Below are positions 28,601-38,087 of a DNA stretch of 64,000 nt, piece after piece; the stretch's first letter is position 1, and each line of letters starts with the position of its first letter. The translations under genes and the position numbers were made by a program. The stretch comes from Nitrospirota bacterium. Lineage in GTDB: Bacteria; Nitrospinota_A; UBA7883. The stretch is taken from positions 74,577-138,576 of the forward strand of contig JAJRZK010000049.1 of the NCBI GenBank assembly GCA_024275315.1, read 5' to 3'. The notes under the pieces are model-generated. The model did no database searches, was not told the origin of the DNA, and saw nothing but the letters and a program-made list of their open reading frames with translations.

Positions 28601-29350
28601 TCACGCCGATCGGTCGCCGTTGTCGCTGATCCCGTTTTCGTCCATAGACGGCTCGGTCACCAATTGGTTGGCGTCCAGAACTTCGTTTTTAAAATCGTCC
28701 ATTCCCCGTTTGGCTATGATTTTACCCAGCCTGGAATGCCTTCTTCCATGTTTTTTGCAATATTCAAGAATGCGTCCTATGGTTTCAATCACCCCGTCCG
28801 CGTCATGGATAATGGCAAGCCTCCGCCCGATCTTCGGCTGGAGCCCTGCGGCGCCTCCGACCAGCATCTCGAATCCGGTTGGGTGGGCGATGACGCCGAT
28901 ATCCTTGGTGGATGGCTCGCTACATGATCTCTGGCACCCGGCCACTCCTATCACCAGCTTCATTTCGAGATGGGTGTCGTGATACAGCTTGTCGATCCTG
29001 TAGGCCAGGTCCAGGACAGGTTGCTGGTATCTTTCGCAAAAGGTCTCCGCCGAACACATCTTGACAGGCCGCACGCCGCCGAACCTGAACTGGTTCTGTT
29101 TGAATTCGACTTTTTCCTCAAGAGAGTCCGGAAAATCGGGCCGGTCCCAGACGAATATGATTTCGCCGCTGAGTTTCACGTTTTTCGCCCCATTGGCTTC
29201 CATGGTCTCGACCAGATTTTTGAGCCTTTCAACGGAGATCACGCCAGCGGAGATGAAGGGGGAGTAGATCGCCCGTTTTCGGGCGCGTCCATGTTTTTCC
29301 AATTTTTTACTGCTCTTGTAATATTTTGCTATAAAAGCTGATTTTACCAT
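28601..29350 (-). CDS. Small nitrite/sulfite-reductase-like protein (4Fe-4S/siroheme-binding half-domain)
   Basis: 'CSAETFC' (C-x5-C) and 'CQRSC' (C-x3-C), spaced as in the NirA/SiR ferredoxin-like cluster/siroheme site. 249 aa. Confidence 0.55.
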   Translation of the reverse strand: MVKSAFIAKYYKSSKKLEKHGRARKRAIYSPFISAGVISVERLKNLVETMEANGAKNVKLSGEIIFVWDRPDFPDSLEEKVEFKQNQFRFGGVRPVKMCSAETFCERYQQPVLDLAYRIDKLYHDTHLEMKLVIGVAGCQRSCSEPSTKDIGVIAHPTGFEMLVGGAAGLQPKIGRRLAIIHDADGVIETIGRILEYCKKHGRRHSRLGKIIAKRGMDDFKNEVLDANQLVTEPSMDENGISDNGDRSA

Positions 29351-29508
29351 GGTTGACGAGCTTATTCGCGCAAATGTTCATAATCCGCTCCATCGGAGAT
29401 TCGCGCTGGCTATGTGTGAAGAACACCGGCCCCGCGCCTGCCGCAAAAAGAGTTGACAAACAACCCGGTCGGATATACTTTAATATTAAATTATTTAAAC
29501 CTGAACAA

Positions 29509-29983
29509 TATGGGCTCCAGGCATAAAGGCTGTAAAAGCGAGAAAAGAGCGCTCGATACGCTCATCAAACTCTCCCGGGCGACAGAGTCGGTAATGGCTT
29601 GCGTAGCCCGTGTCATCTCCAGCTCGAACCTCACCCCCGGCCAATTCGGCGTGATGGAGGTGATACACCATCTTGGACCGCTTGACCAGGCGGCGCTTGG
29701 TAGAAAAATCCTGAAAAGCGGGGGCAACATCACGATGATAACCGACAACCTGGAGCGAAGAGGTCTTGTCGCTCGGGTTGAGGACCAGCGCGACCGGCGC
29801 CGCAACATCGTCCGTCTCACAAGAAAAGGCCGGAACATGATAAAAACGCTTTTCCCCAAGGTGGCCAGTGGCGTCGTGGGGGCGATGGGCTCGCTGTCCG
29901 CGCATGAACACGAAGAGTTGGGCGTGTTGCTTAAAAAGCTCGGCTCCGGCGCCAGGGAATTTGTGGAAAAAACACGTTTGTAA
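29509..29983 (+). CDS. MarR-family transcriptional regulator
   Basis: wHTH 'LTPGQFGVMEVIHHLGPLDQAALGRKI...GLVARVEDQRDRRRNIVRLT'. Confidence 0.8.
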
Positions 29984-30044
29984 TGTTTGTAACCCGCAAG
30001 GCGGGAGATGTTTGTATGATGAAACTTTAACAGGAGGTCATGAG

Positions 30045-30281
30045 ATGAGTGAACCTAAAATGGCGGGAAAAACGCCGGTTGTTACCGTTCTTAAGGAAGG
30101 AAGCTACTACTGGTGCGCATGCGGCCTGTCGGCCGGTCAACCCTTTTGCGACGGGTCCCACAAGGGGACGGACATTACACCTATGGAATTTTCGATCGAC
30201 GAAAGCAAACAGGTGGCGTTGTGCAACTGCAAGCGGACCACAAACGCGCCCTATTGTGACGGAACCCATAAGAACCTGTAA
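30045..30281 (+). CDS. CDGSH iron-sulfur domain protein (two CDGSH-type motifs, mitoNEET-like)
   Basis: 'CACGLSAGQPFCDGSH' and 'CNCKRTTNAPYCDGTH'. AGGAGG lies 6 nt upstream of the ATG. Confidence 0.8.
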   Translation: MSEPKMAGKTPVVTVLKEGSYYWCACGLSAGQPFCDGSHKGTDITPMEFSIDESKQVALCNCKRTTNAPYCDGTHKNL

Positions 30282-30341
30282 CCCCGTGGCCGCATGAAGC
30301 CGCAACGTTTTTTAACTCTTGCTACAAAGGAAATGTGAATC

Positions 30342-30935
30342 ATGAAACGTTTTATCCTCATGGTATATGTCGCGTTTATGTTAATGGCGCCATCCGCCGT
30401 CTACGCGGCGATTTATGACGTGGACAAGGATCATACGACAATAGGGTTTTCCGCCAAGCATATGGTGATAAGCAACGTGAAAGGCAAGTTCGACAGTTTC
30501 ACCGGAAACTTCGAACTTAACGAGCAGGGAAAGCTGATCGGAGCCGCCGCGACCGTGAAGACGGGAAGCATCAACACCGGCAACGCGAAGCGCGACACCC
30601 ATCTTAAATCACCGGATTTTTTCGACGCCGTAAAATTTCCTGTCATATCATTCAAGGCCACGAAGATCACCTACGATGGCGCAAAATGTAAAGTCGTGGG
30701 AGACATGACCATCAAAGGCGTGACAAAATCCATCACCCTGGACGGCGAGTTGCTTGGCCGCGTAAAGGACCCGTGGGGTTTCGAGCGCGCCGGATTTCAC
30801 GCTGAAGGCGTCATCAACAGGAAAGATTTCGGCGTAAGTTTTCATAAAGTTCTCGACAACGGGGGGCTTGTCGTCAGCGACATGATCAACATCTCGCTGG
30901 ATATAGAAGGGATCAAGAGAAAACCGGGCAAGTGA
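30342..30935 (+). CDS. YceI-family periplasmic protein
   Basis: Signal peptide. 'YDVDKDHTTIGFSAKHMVISNVKGKF', 'VKTGSINTGNAKRDTHLKSPDFFD'. Confidence 0.85.
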   Translation: MKRFILMVYVAFMLMAPSAVYAAIYDVDKDHTTIGFSAKHMVISNVKGKFDSFTGNFELNEQGKLIGAAATVKTGSINTGNAKRDTHLKSPDFFDAVKFPVISFKATKITYDGAKCKVVGDMTIKGVTKSITLDGELLGRVKDPWGFERAGFHAEGVINRKDFGVSFHKVLDNGGLVVSDMINISLDIEGIKRKPGK

Positions 30936-30959
30936 CAAGGCTTCCACGGATAGCCGTAA

Positions 30960-31011
30960 ATCATCCTGTTACGCCGGGGTGGCGCGCCATTTCTGCGTAA
31001 CAGGATGACCC
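30960..31011 (+). terminator. Perfect 15-bp inverted repeat downstream of yceI-like gene (candidate terminator/regulatory hairpin)
   Basis: 'atcatcctgttacgc'...'gcgtaacaggatgac' with a loop of about 20 nt. No U-tract, so Rho-independent function is uncertain. Confidence 0.35.
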
Positions 31012-31113
31012 CGCCTGTGCGAAAAACATACTCAGCTACCTATTTTTAGCGCCATTTGCCTGTTATTACTAATTATGATATAATTATCTAATAACTTATC
31101 GTGGTGCAGGAGT

Positions 31114-32217
31114 GTGGCAGATTTCGAAAAAATAAAAGAGTTATATAAGAAATACGCCAAGCGCAGAATAACTCTTATCAAACGGAACAAGATGGAGCGT
31201 AGCCGCATCAAGAAGGACCTGCGCAACGATGGTTTTACTGATATAGCGGACTATGACAATTTTGACGAAGCGTGGCAAAAGCTCCAGCTTTCCACCACTT
31301 CTATCATCATATTTTCCGTTGTCACGCAAGATGGGCTCGATTTTCTTCACGAGTTGATAGATTCGACCCGGTTCAAGCAGACCCCGATGCTGATATTCTC
31401 GAACAGGATCAAAGAGCACACGAAAATTTTTGCCAACTCCGAGATAGTTCCGATGTGGATCGAAGCTCCCATAAACACCCTCAAGATCGAAGAGGGGCTG
31501 GCGGTGATACTTGCCAAGGGAATAATAGAAAGAAGCCAGATAGCGGAGGAATCGACCGCCCTTGACCATTTCACAAAGGCGATGGACGCTATTGCCAGCG
31601 AAGATTATGAACAGGCGAAAGAACTGCTGAGATTGGCGCTTAAGGGCAATCCCGATTTTTTCGAGGCGTATATCAAGATGGGAGAGGTGCTGATCGCCCT
31701 GAGGCAGTTAGACGCGGCCGAGCGGGTGGCGCAACGGGCCATTGACATGCGACCGGACGATCCGAAATCGCTTTTGCTCAGGTCATTGGTGGCCTCGGAG
31801 ATCAAGAGCAAGGAGGACGCTGTACAGGTTTTCGACTATAGCGTATCCAAACGCCCCAGGGATTCGGTTTTCGTAATCGAAATAGGCAACCTGGCGTTGA
31901 AAAAGGGGTGGATCGACGACGCCATCAGATACTTCGAGATGGCAAGAGAGATCGACCCGGACCTGATCCACGTATACAACCGGCTCGGTATAGCCTATTC
32001 ACGGGCCGGCAACTTCGACAGCGCCATGAAAATGTATGAGCTGGCGCTCGGGATCGACGAGAACGACGCGGGAATCCACTTCAACGTCGCCATGACCTAT
32101 TACCGCATGGGGGACGAGGAAAAATCCCTGCAAAGCTTCAGAAAATCAAATCAGCTTGACCCGGAGCTCGAAGAGCCGCTTCAATGGATCAAAAAACTTG
32201 AAAGCCACGCCAAATGA
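31114..32217 (+). CDS. TPR-repeat protein with degenerate receiver-like N-terminal domain
   Basis: C-terminal TPRs ('AYIKMGEVLIALRQLDAAE', 'NRLGIAYSRAGNFDSAMKMYELAL'). The N-terminus resembles REC ('SIIIFSVVTQDGLDFL') but lacks the acidic pocket. Confidence 0.6.
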   Translation: MADFEKIKELYKKYAKRRITLIKRNKMERSRIKKDLRNDGFTDIADYDNFDEAWQKLQLSTTSIIIFSVVTQDGLDFLHELIDSTRFKQTPMLIFSNRIKEHTKIFANSEIVPMWIEAPINTLKIEEGLAVILAKGIIERSQIAEESTALDHFTKAMDAIASEDYEQAKELLRLALKGNPDFFEAYIKMGEVLIALRQLDAAERVAQRAIDMRPDDPKSLLLRSLVASEIKSKEDAVQVFDYSVSKRPRDSVFVIEIGNLALKKGWIDDAIRYFEMAREIDPDLIHVYNRLGIAYSRAGNFDSAMKMYELALGIDENDAGIHFNVAMTYYRMGDEEKSLQSFRKSNQLDPELEEPLQWIKKLESHAK

Positions 32218-32241
32218 GGGGGCTTCCCCTGCTTTTTGCTG

Positions 32242-32790
32242 TCAGCCACGCCTTGAAGATCCGTAGAACCTGCTCCATATAACAGCCGCGATGAACACTG
32301 ATCCATACACGATTATCTCCAAAGACATGGCCCAAAGACTCGACGGCGAGAATGGCTCTGCCCTGCTGACCCCCGGCATCAGCGGGATTATCAGGTAGAC
32401 ATCGGATATAGGCCACAAAGCCGGCGCTCCAATTCCGTTGGGATAATACGTGTCGATCATGAGTATGTCCATAAACACATGTGTGGCGTACAGCAGGCTG
32501 GTCAGCACGAACACCTTCATCGCCATGTTTCCTCCTCTGACCCGTATCCAGGCTCCCGCGATGGCTCCCAGCCAAAGAGCGAACCCGATCGAGTGGGTTG
32601 CGCCATGATGATAAAGCCCGGAGATAGTAAACCCGTGACCGTTCCAGAAGATAAAATCGGCGTCGGGAATATTCGACGCTATCACGCAAAACAGCATCCA
32701 GCGGGCGCAACGACCGCTGAACGCCTCCCTGACGCTAGATGGTTTTTCGATGAGGGACCAAATTGCAAGTCCCGCCAGTGTGTGGCCCAC
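32242..32790 (-). CDS. Membrane-bound metal-dependent hydrolase (YdjM/DUF457-like)
   Basis: 'GHTLAGLAIW', 'HHGATHS' and hydrophobic helices. The track ORF extends to 32844; the GTG at about 32790 fits family N-termini better. Confidence 0.5.
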   Translation of the reverse strand: MGHTLAGLAIWSLIEKPSSVREAFSGRCARWMLFCVIASNIPDADFIFWNGHGFTISGLYHHGATHSIGFALWLGAIAGAWIRVRGGNMAMKVFVLTSLLYATHVFMDILMIDTYYPNGIGAPALWPISDVYLIIPLMPGVSRAEPFSPSSLWAMSLEIIVYGSVFIAAVIWSRFYGSSRRG

Positions 32791-32821
32791 AGGTGTCGGC
32801 AAGGGATCAGGTCTCCACGAT

Positions 32822-33994
32822 TTATGTAACGCGACCTTGCACAAAGTCGTTCACAATCTGCTCATAGATATCGTCACTTAGCTTAAAGAAATCGAACACG
32901 GTAAATAACGGCGCCAATAACTCTTTCACAAGCTCTACTAAATCTGTTTCCAAACCGCTCAGAGATGAACGTATCACAGATTCAATTTCGTTTTCTGAGC
33001 TGATACGTTTTACCGACATGGTACGACCAGGATTTGATGCACTTAAAATTCTTCCATCAAGCCCACCATGGCGTACTGCAACGTTGACAATGGTTGTCGG
33101 GTCTACCTCCAAACGACTGTAAAGCCTGGCGCAGTAAAGAAGTGTTTCCGTTACACGTACAATTCTTGTATTAAAAAATATCTTATTTCCGTCTCTGGTA
33201 TCTTCAAAGATCGTCTTCAGTAGGTAGAAATCGCCATTTCGGCGAATAGTCCAATAATCATAAGAAGAACGGTCATCGATGGCAATTTGAGCAACGATTC
33301 CATCGGCCTCCGGCCTCGGACGATGCTCATCCCTGTTACCAAGATAAACACCGATTGGCCACCCAAACGTATCTAATGTTGATTCGCGAGCGGCTTCGTC
33401 AAGCTCCCTCTGCGTCTTCCACGGTTTGGGATGGTCTAAAACAAAACGAATCTCCATAAATCCTGTAAGCCCCGTGGCACTCATATCTGTCAAAGCAGTT
33501 TCACGGTGAGAACTAATCCATTCGTCATCCCAGGGGCTGGTGGGTGTTAGGACAGCAGGGACTAAAACCGCTTGACGGCGGCGGATGCGTTTTTCGAGTT
33601 CTTTTCGGAATTCATCTATCTTGTCGGGATGCCAATATAAGATGTCATAACCGCCCAGATCAAAGTGGACTTTGGGGCCTCCTTGCGTGTAATTTTCGCT
33701 CTCTGGAAAATGATCCTCTCGGGCTGTGAGTATCAGGTTACGAAACTTGTCAATTCCCATTGCATACCCGATTTCGAGGTAGCAATTTGGACGCTCGTTA
33801 GTCAGATCGGCAACAATAATTTCGGCTCTTTTAATGAATCCTATGATCTCGCTTTTTAGCAGACCACCTTGATTGTGCTTATCAACACGTTTCGCATCAA
33901 GTCCACAGGCTTTTAGTGCAGGAACTATCGCCACTTTGCATAAGTGATCCAGTTCCTCGTTCCCGATTTGCATAATTATGAAAGCTTCGGTCAT
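32822..33994 (-). CDS. NDT-like/TIR-like (nucleoside 2-deoxyribosyltransferase-fold) N-terminal domain protein with uncharacterised C-terminal domain; on a low-GC island
   Basis: 'AFIIMQIGNEELD...AEIIVADLTNERPNCYLEIGYAMGIDKFRNLILTA' fits the Rossmann-like NDT/TIR-like signature. GC is about 40-45% versus about 58% in the flanks. Confidence 0.55.
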   Translation of the reverse strand: MTEAFIIMQIGNEELDHLCKVAIVPALKACGLDAKRVDKHNQGGLLKSEIIGFIKRAEIIVADLTNERPNCYLEIGYAMGIDKFRNLILTAREDHFPESENYTQGGPKVHFDLGGYDILYWHPDKIDEFRKELEKRIRRRQAVLVPAVLTPTSPWDDEWISSHRETALTDMSATGLTGFMEIRFVLDHPKPWKTQRELDEAARESTLDTFGWPIGVYLGNRDEHRPRPEADGIVAQIAIDDRSSYDYWTIRRNGDFYLLKTIFEDTRDGNKIFFNTRIVRVTETLLYCARLYSRLEVDPTTIVNVAVRHGGLDGRILSASNPGRTMSVKRISSENEIESVIRSSLSGLETDLVELVKELLAPLFTVFDFFKLSDDIYEQIVNDFVQGRVT

Positions 33995-34311
33995 ATTGTC
34001 TTTCCTGTTGCTTAAGGCATTTTATCAAATGTTTTCAATCCAGGGCATATAGTCCACCAACGCCAGTCGGTCATGGCGCGGATCACATCGTCGAGGGTAA
34101 ACGGCAGTTTTTCCGGCTCCTCGTACTCGCTGTACCTGTGAATAATCATCTCTCTATTCTATCAGGTGTGAGGACGAACGGAAAAGATGGATTGAACCGG
34201 AGCGCCTGCGCGATACCGGCGCTATTTTCCCGGTTGCTTTATTTTAGACGGCGTCCGGACAGTATGGTATAAATAGTTCAGTTGATTGCTACCATAAACA
34301 GGGGCGGTATC

Positions 34312-34809
34312 ATGAAAAAATATTCTGGGATCTTTCTATTATCCATTATCTTTCTGGTGGCTTGCGGCGACAGCGGCGGGGGAGACAGCGGAGGATCATC
34401 AACAGCCAATGTTGCAGTAGGCTGGAGCGTGGGAGAGGTATACACAACTTTTACAAACGCCTCCACCCAGAATTTTAACGCCACATGGACAGTCGTTCAA
34501 AGTGGCGGAGTGCTCACCCTGACCGCCGTCAGAGCTTCTACAGGGTCGACAACCGCCGGCACGGGATCCGTATCGGGGTCGAACGTGACAGTCTCGCATC
34601 CATGTTATGGAAGCGGTTGCGGTTCGTGCACATACCTGTTTACCGGTACGGTCTGTCCCGATAACAACTGCATGAGCGGAAACGTCATCTATTGCAGTGA
34701 AGTGGCCAGTAGCAGGGTCGACGGAACATGGACGGCCACACGCACATCCAGCGCACGGGCAGGCGATTCCTCCAGTTCTGGCTCAAACCAACAAAACCCG
34801 TCGCCATGA
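34312..34809 (+). CDS. Lipoprotein, Gly/Ser/Thr-rich with Cys cluster (hypothetical)
   Basis: Signal + lipobox 'LVACG'. 'CYGSGCGSC', 'CPDNNC'. ATG at 34312 is preceded by GGGGCGG. Confidence 0.55.
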   Translation: MKKYSGIFLLSIIFLVACGDSGGGDSGGSSTANVAVGWSVGEVYTTFTNASTQNFNATWTVVQSGGVLTLTAVRASTGSTTAGTGSVSGSNVTVSHPCYGSGCGSCTYLFTGTVCPDNNCMSGNVIYCSEVASSRVDGTWTATRTSSARAGDSSSSGSNQQNPSP

Positions 34810-35004
34810 CAACAGCTAGGCTGTAGGCAGGAACCGCTCCCCGATGGAAAGAGGGTGGTTGCACGCCGTTTTTACAGCATATGATTAAGGTTATGTGGCG
34901 CTCATTCAATGTGTTGCGCAGTATAGTTGATGTTGCGCGTTAAGGTTGGTCGGGGCGGTGTATAGCGTGTGCGCTTATGTCAGGGGTTCCGGGCGCCTGG
35001 CCGG

Positions 35005-37125
35005 TTACGCCCTGTCATGCAGAAAAACGAACGACAAAGCGTAAAACCCCATGGCGATGAGTATCAGCGAGCTCAAGCCGGTGATATAGCTGACACTCTC
35101 CGACAACCCCCCCACCAGAGCCCCGAAAAGGTTATACGCCAGGGCGCGCCGGGCGACCTGGGCCTGTGCGAACGATCGGGCGAACAGGTATCCTATGATG
35201 GTGAAGGGGACAAGGTACAACAGCGCCACAAGGTTGGACTCCAGCGGTGTGAAATAGGCCACCGCCAGTGCAACGCCAAGTGCGGCGTAAATGGCTGTGT
35301 ACGGCGCGCGCCTGGTTCGCCACAGATACAGGATGTTGGCGATGAGTATGGCGATCAGTATCAGGGATATCACGATGGAGCTTACTATCCATGTCGAGCC
35401 CCAGAAAAGGGTGAACCTGCTGATGACGGAAACCTCCAGCAATAAAAACCCCGCCCCCAGGGATGCGAAATGAAAATCCTCTTTTCGTGGCGCTCCGAAA
35501 AAGTATATGTAAACGAACACGAATATCCCCACGAGCAGGACAGAGACTGTCAGGTGAAGCTCCGGTATCGAGCTGGTCTTGACGTATAGATATGGCCAGT
35601 CGTCGGTTTGGACCTTCGACGGAGTTTCCTTGAAGAGAGTTTTCATTTTCCGGCTGTGCTCCGCGAGACCCTTTATGATCTTGTCTCCGCTGATCCGCTC
35701 GTTGAGCAGGGCGGAATCCCTGCTGGCGATAAAATATGTCCCCCCGGTGCCACGGATAAAAAACCGGTCCGATGGAAAATAGAACACGAACGGATCCTCG
35801 CCGAACTGGCGCTCCACCATTTTATGGATTTTGGACCCGATCCACGGAAAAGTGACCTGGAACGACAGGGCCAGCACCCCGTCATCCTTCAAGTGGCGTT
35901 TCATATCCCCCACGCTTTGAAGCGTGTACATGTAGCTGTCCAGGTTCGTGTTGGAGAAGTTGGATGTCAACGTGTGGGAATCCAGGAGGCCGAGCACGAT
36001 CAGGTCGTATTTGTCATCGCTGTTTCGCAGGTAGTTCCGGGCGTCGTTGTTGATGATGGTCACCCTGTCGGACAGGTATGGTTTTTCCGGATGATAACGT
36101 TTTCCCAGGGATATGATCACCGGGTCTATCTCCAGCGCGGTGACATGCTTTACGCCCGCCCGCAGGGCCGCGGCCACATCGTTGCCTCCGCCCGCCCCCA
36201 AAACCAGCGCACCGTCCAGCCGTTTGGGGAAATTATATGGAAAATCATAATAGGAATATCTGTCGCGCCATTTCGGAAAGAGGCGGGGATGCTTTTGCCG
36301 GAGAGGATCGCTCAGGTCGAGCAGGTACATGTATATCGTGTGGTTGGTTTGCAGGGAATAGTAATCTACACGCTTTGCGCCGTCTATATCCGCATAGGAG
36401 AATATCTCCTTGCTGAAGTTTATTTTCTGGTAGGGGGACCATATTTCCATGCCCCTGGCCCGCGTCTCTGCGTGTGTGAAGGAAATGCCGACTATTGCGA
36501 TGAGCGTGGCGATCATGATGGTCTTGGCCCTGCTCCAGCTCCACACGGCAAGGATGATGGCCATGGCCGTCAGGTACCACGTGAAAGGTTTTAGAGTCGC
36601 AAAACTTATAATCGCGAAAAACCATACACCGAGGATCGACCCGATTATGTTTATTGAATAGTCGAGTATCCTGTTTTTCGACCTGTCGAATATTTGCGCC
36701 AGCGCCTGTCCCATCGGGACCATCGCCGCCATAATTACAAAAAACAGAGCCACGAGCATGACCAGGCCCGATATGAAGGGAAGCCATCCGGAGTAGCCTG
36801 TCTCCGACCATGTGTTAAATCCGCCCACGTTCAGCAATTCCGATATGGACGCGAAATTCGACGCGGGATTGGTAAGCAGAGCTATGACCGCGACGCAGAT
36901 CACGGTGACCGACAAGCAAATTTTCGGGCGGTACAAGTAGCCGAATCCGAGCCCAAGGAACGCCCCGATCAGGGCGAGATTCTTGAAATAAGCGAAAATC
37001 CTTATTTCGCTGGCGAGATGCCGGATGAGCATGATTTCGATATAGAGACTCAGGAAACTCAATATCAGCAACAACACCCTGTCGTCACTGAACGGTTTCC
37101 GGGGCGTGACGGTGTCTTGCATCAA
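35005..37125 (-). CDS. Polytopic membrane protein fused to spermidine-synthase-like (aminopropyltransferase/SAM-MTase fold) domain
   Basis: More than 10 predicted TM helices. 'LVLGAGGGNDVAAALRAGVKHVTALEIDPVII...DLIVLGLLDSHT'. Confidence 0.7.
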   Translation of the reverse strand: MMQDTVTPRKPFSDDRVLLLILSFLSLYIEIMLIRHLASEIRIFAYFKNLALIGAFLGLGFGYLYRPKICLSVTVICVAVIALLTNPASNFASISELLNVGGFNTWSETGYSGWLPFISGLVMLVALFFVIMAAMVPMGQALAQIFDRSKNRILDYSINIIGSILGVWFFAIISFATLKPFTWYLTAMAIILAVWSWSRAKTIMIATLIAIVGISFTHAETRARGMEIWSPYQKINFSKEIFSYADIDGAKRVDYYSLQTNHTIYMYLLDLSDPLRQKHPRLFPKWRDRYSYYDFPYNFPKRLDGALVLGAGGGNDVAAALRAGVKHVTALEIDPVIISLGKRYHPEKPYLSDRVTIINNDARNYLRNSDDKYDLIVLGLLDSHTLTSNFSNTNLDSYMYTLQSVGDMKRHLKDDGVLALSFQVTFPWIGSKIHKMVERQFGEDPFVFYFPSDRFFIRGTGGTYFIASRDSALLNERISGDKIIKGLAEHSRKMKTLFKETPSKVQTDDWPYLYVKTSSIPELHLTVSVLLVGIFVFVYIYFFGAPRKEDFHFASLGAGFLLLEVSVISRFTLFWGSTWIVSSIVISLILIAILIANILYLWRTRRAPYTAIYAALGVALAVAYFTPLESNLVALLYLVPFTIIGYLFARSFAQAQVARRALAYNLFGALVGGLSESVSYITGLSSLILIAMGFYALSFVFLHDRA

Positions 37126-37186
37126 CTGTTAAATCTGGTCAATGATATATCTGTTAAAAAATGAAAGACCGGCCCGGATGGCCTGG

Positions 37187-38044
37187 TCAGAAACGCAACA
37201 GCGTGTCGATCGCGAACTCGAAAAATCCGGCGCTCACGGCGCGCTGTCCGCTGGCCTGGGTTTTGGTGATTATCGATGAGGCTGGCGCCGCCGCTCCTGT
37301 CCATTCTCCCGTATACCAATGGCCGGACCCCCTGAAATCGGGAAAAGACGGCGCTTCGGGCGCCGGCCATACGTAAACATAAAAATATGGCTCCGCAAAA
37401 TTTTCGTCACCGCAGGAGAGTCCCGCCCCGATCATGCTGTCACCACCATGCCTGCCGGTAAAAGAGAACACCGTGGCCATGTCGAAATGATGAGGCCAAA
37501 CCCTCACCTCGGATGAGCCCTCGCGCGTATCGGCGACTTCATGAAGCGCCAGATCCGCGTTGGCCATGTACCTGTCGAACTCCTCGAGGCTTCGTTCAAC
37601 ACCATGGATGGAAAATGGATCCCCCGACCGGAGACCGTGATCCGGCAGACGTTCCGTGTTTATCGCAAGCTTTGACGGGTCCAGGCCGAAACCGGACACC
37701 GCGCCCTTCAGCCAATCGAACGCTTCGTCGACCGTTTTGCCATCCAGCGCAAGCGACGCCAGCGGGTTGGAATGGTCGCCCCCATCCTCGACAAGCGCAA
37801 GCTTCAGCGCGGATATATCGAGAACGCCGCGCAGTCGAACGCTTCCATCCGCCACGCCGGACATCAGGACACCGTCGGCCCATTTCATGCTCACGTGCCC
37901 GTAATCCTCCTGCGGCTCCATATAGCAGGCTCCTATCGCCGAAGACAGCTGTGACGCGTAATGAAGTCTCATCCTGGCTTCGACAAGGTCGGTGGGCGGG
38001 ACCGCGCCCAGCTTGCGCCACGTCCTGTTCGAATTTTTCATCAA
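37187..38044 (-). CDS. Hypothetical protein co-oriented directly downstream of egtD
   Basis: 285-aa ORF, 44 nt after the egtD stop. No recognised motif. Confidence 0.45.
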   Translation of the reverse strand: MMKNSNRTWRKLGAVPPTDLVEARMRLHYASQLSSAIGACYMEPQEDYGHVSMKWADGVLMSGVADGSVRLRGVLDISALKLALVEDGGDHSNPLASLALDGKTVDEAFDWLKGAVSGFGLDPSKLAINTERLPDHGLRSGDPFSIHGVERSLEEFDRYMANADLALHEVADTREGSSEVRVWPHHFDMATVFSFTGRHGGDSMIGAGLSCGDENFAEPYFYVYVWPAPEAPSFPDFRGSGHWYTGEWTGAAAPASSIITKTQASGQRAVSAGFFEFAIDTLLRF

Positions 38045-38087
38045 TATAATCTCCCCTTGCGGCGTCCCGGTTACAACAGCGGCGCCG

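Noticed and set aside
34012-34149. 45-aa minus-strand ORF (MIIHRYSEYEEPEKLPFTLDDVIRAMTDWRWWTICPGLKTFDKMP) in the AT-rich flank of the low-GC island
   Set aside because: It is too short and motif-less to call as a gene. It could be a remnant of a lost partner gene or a small regulatory peptide. It is mentioned under the island finding only.
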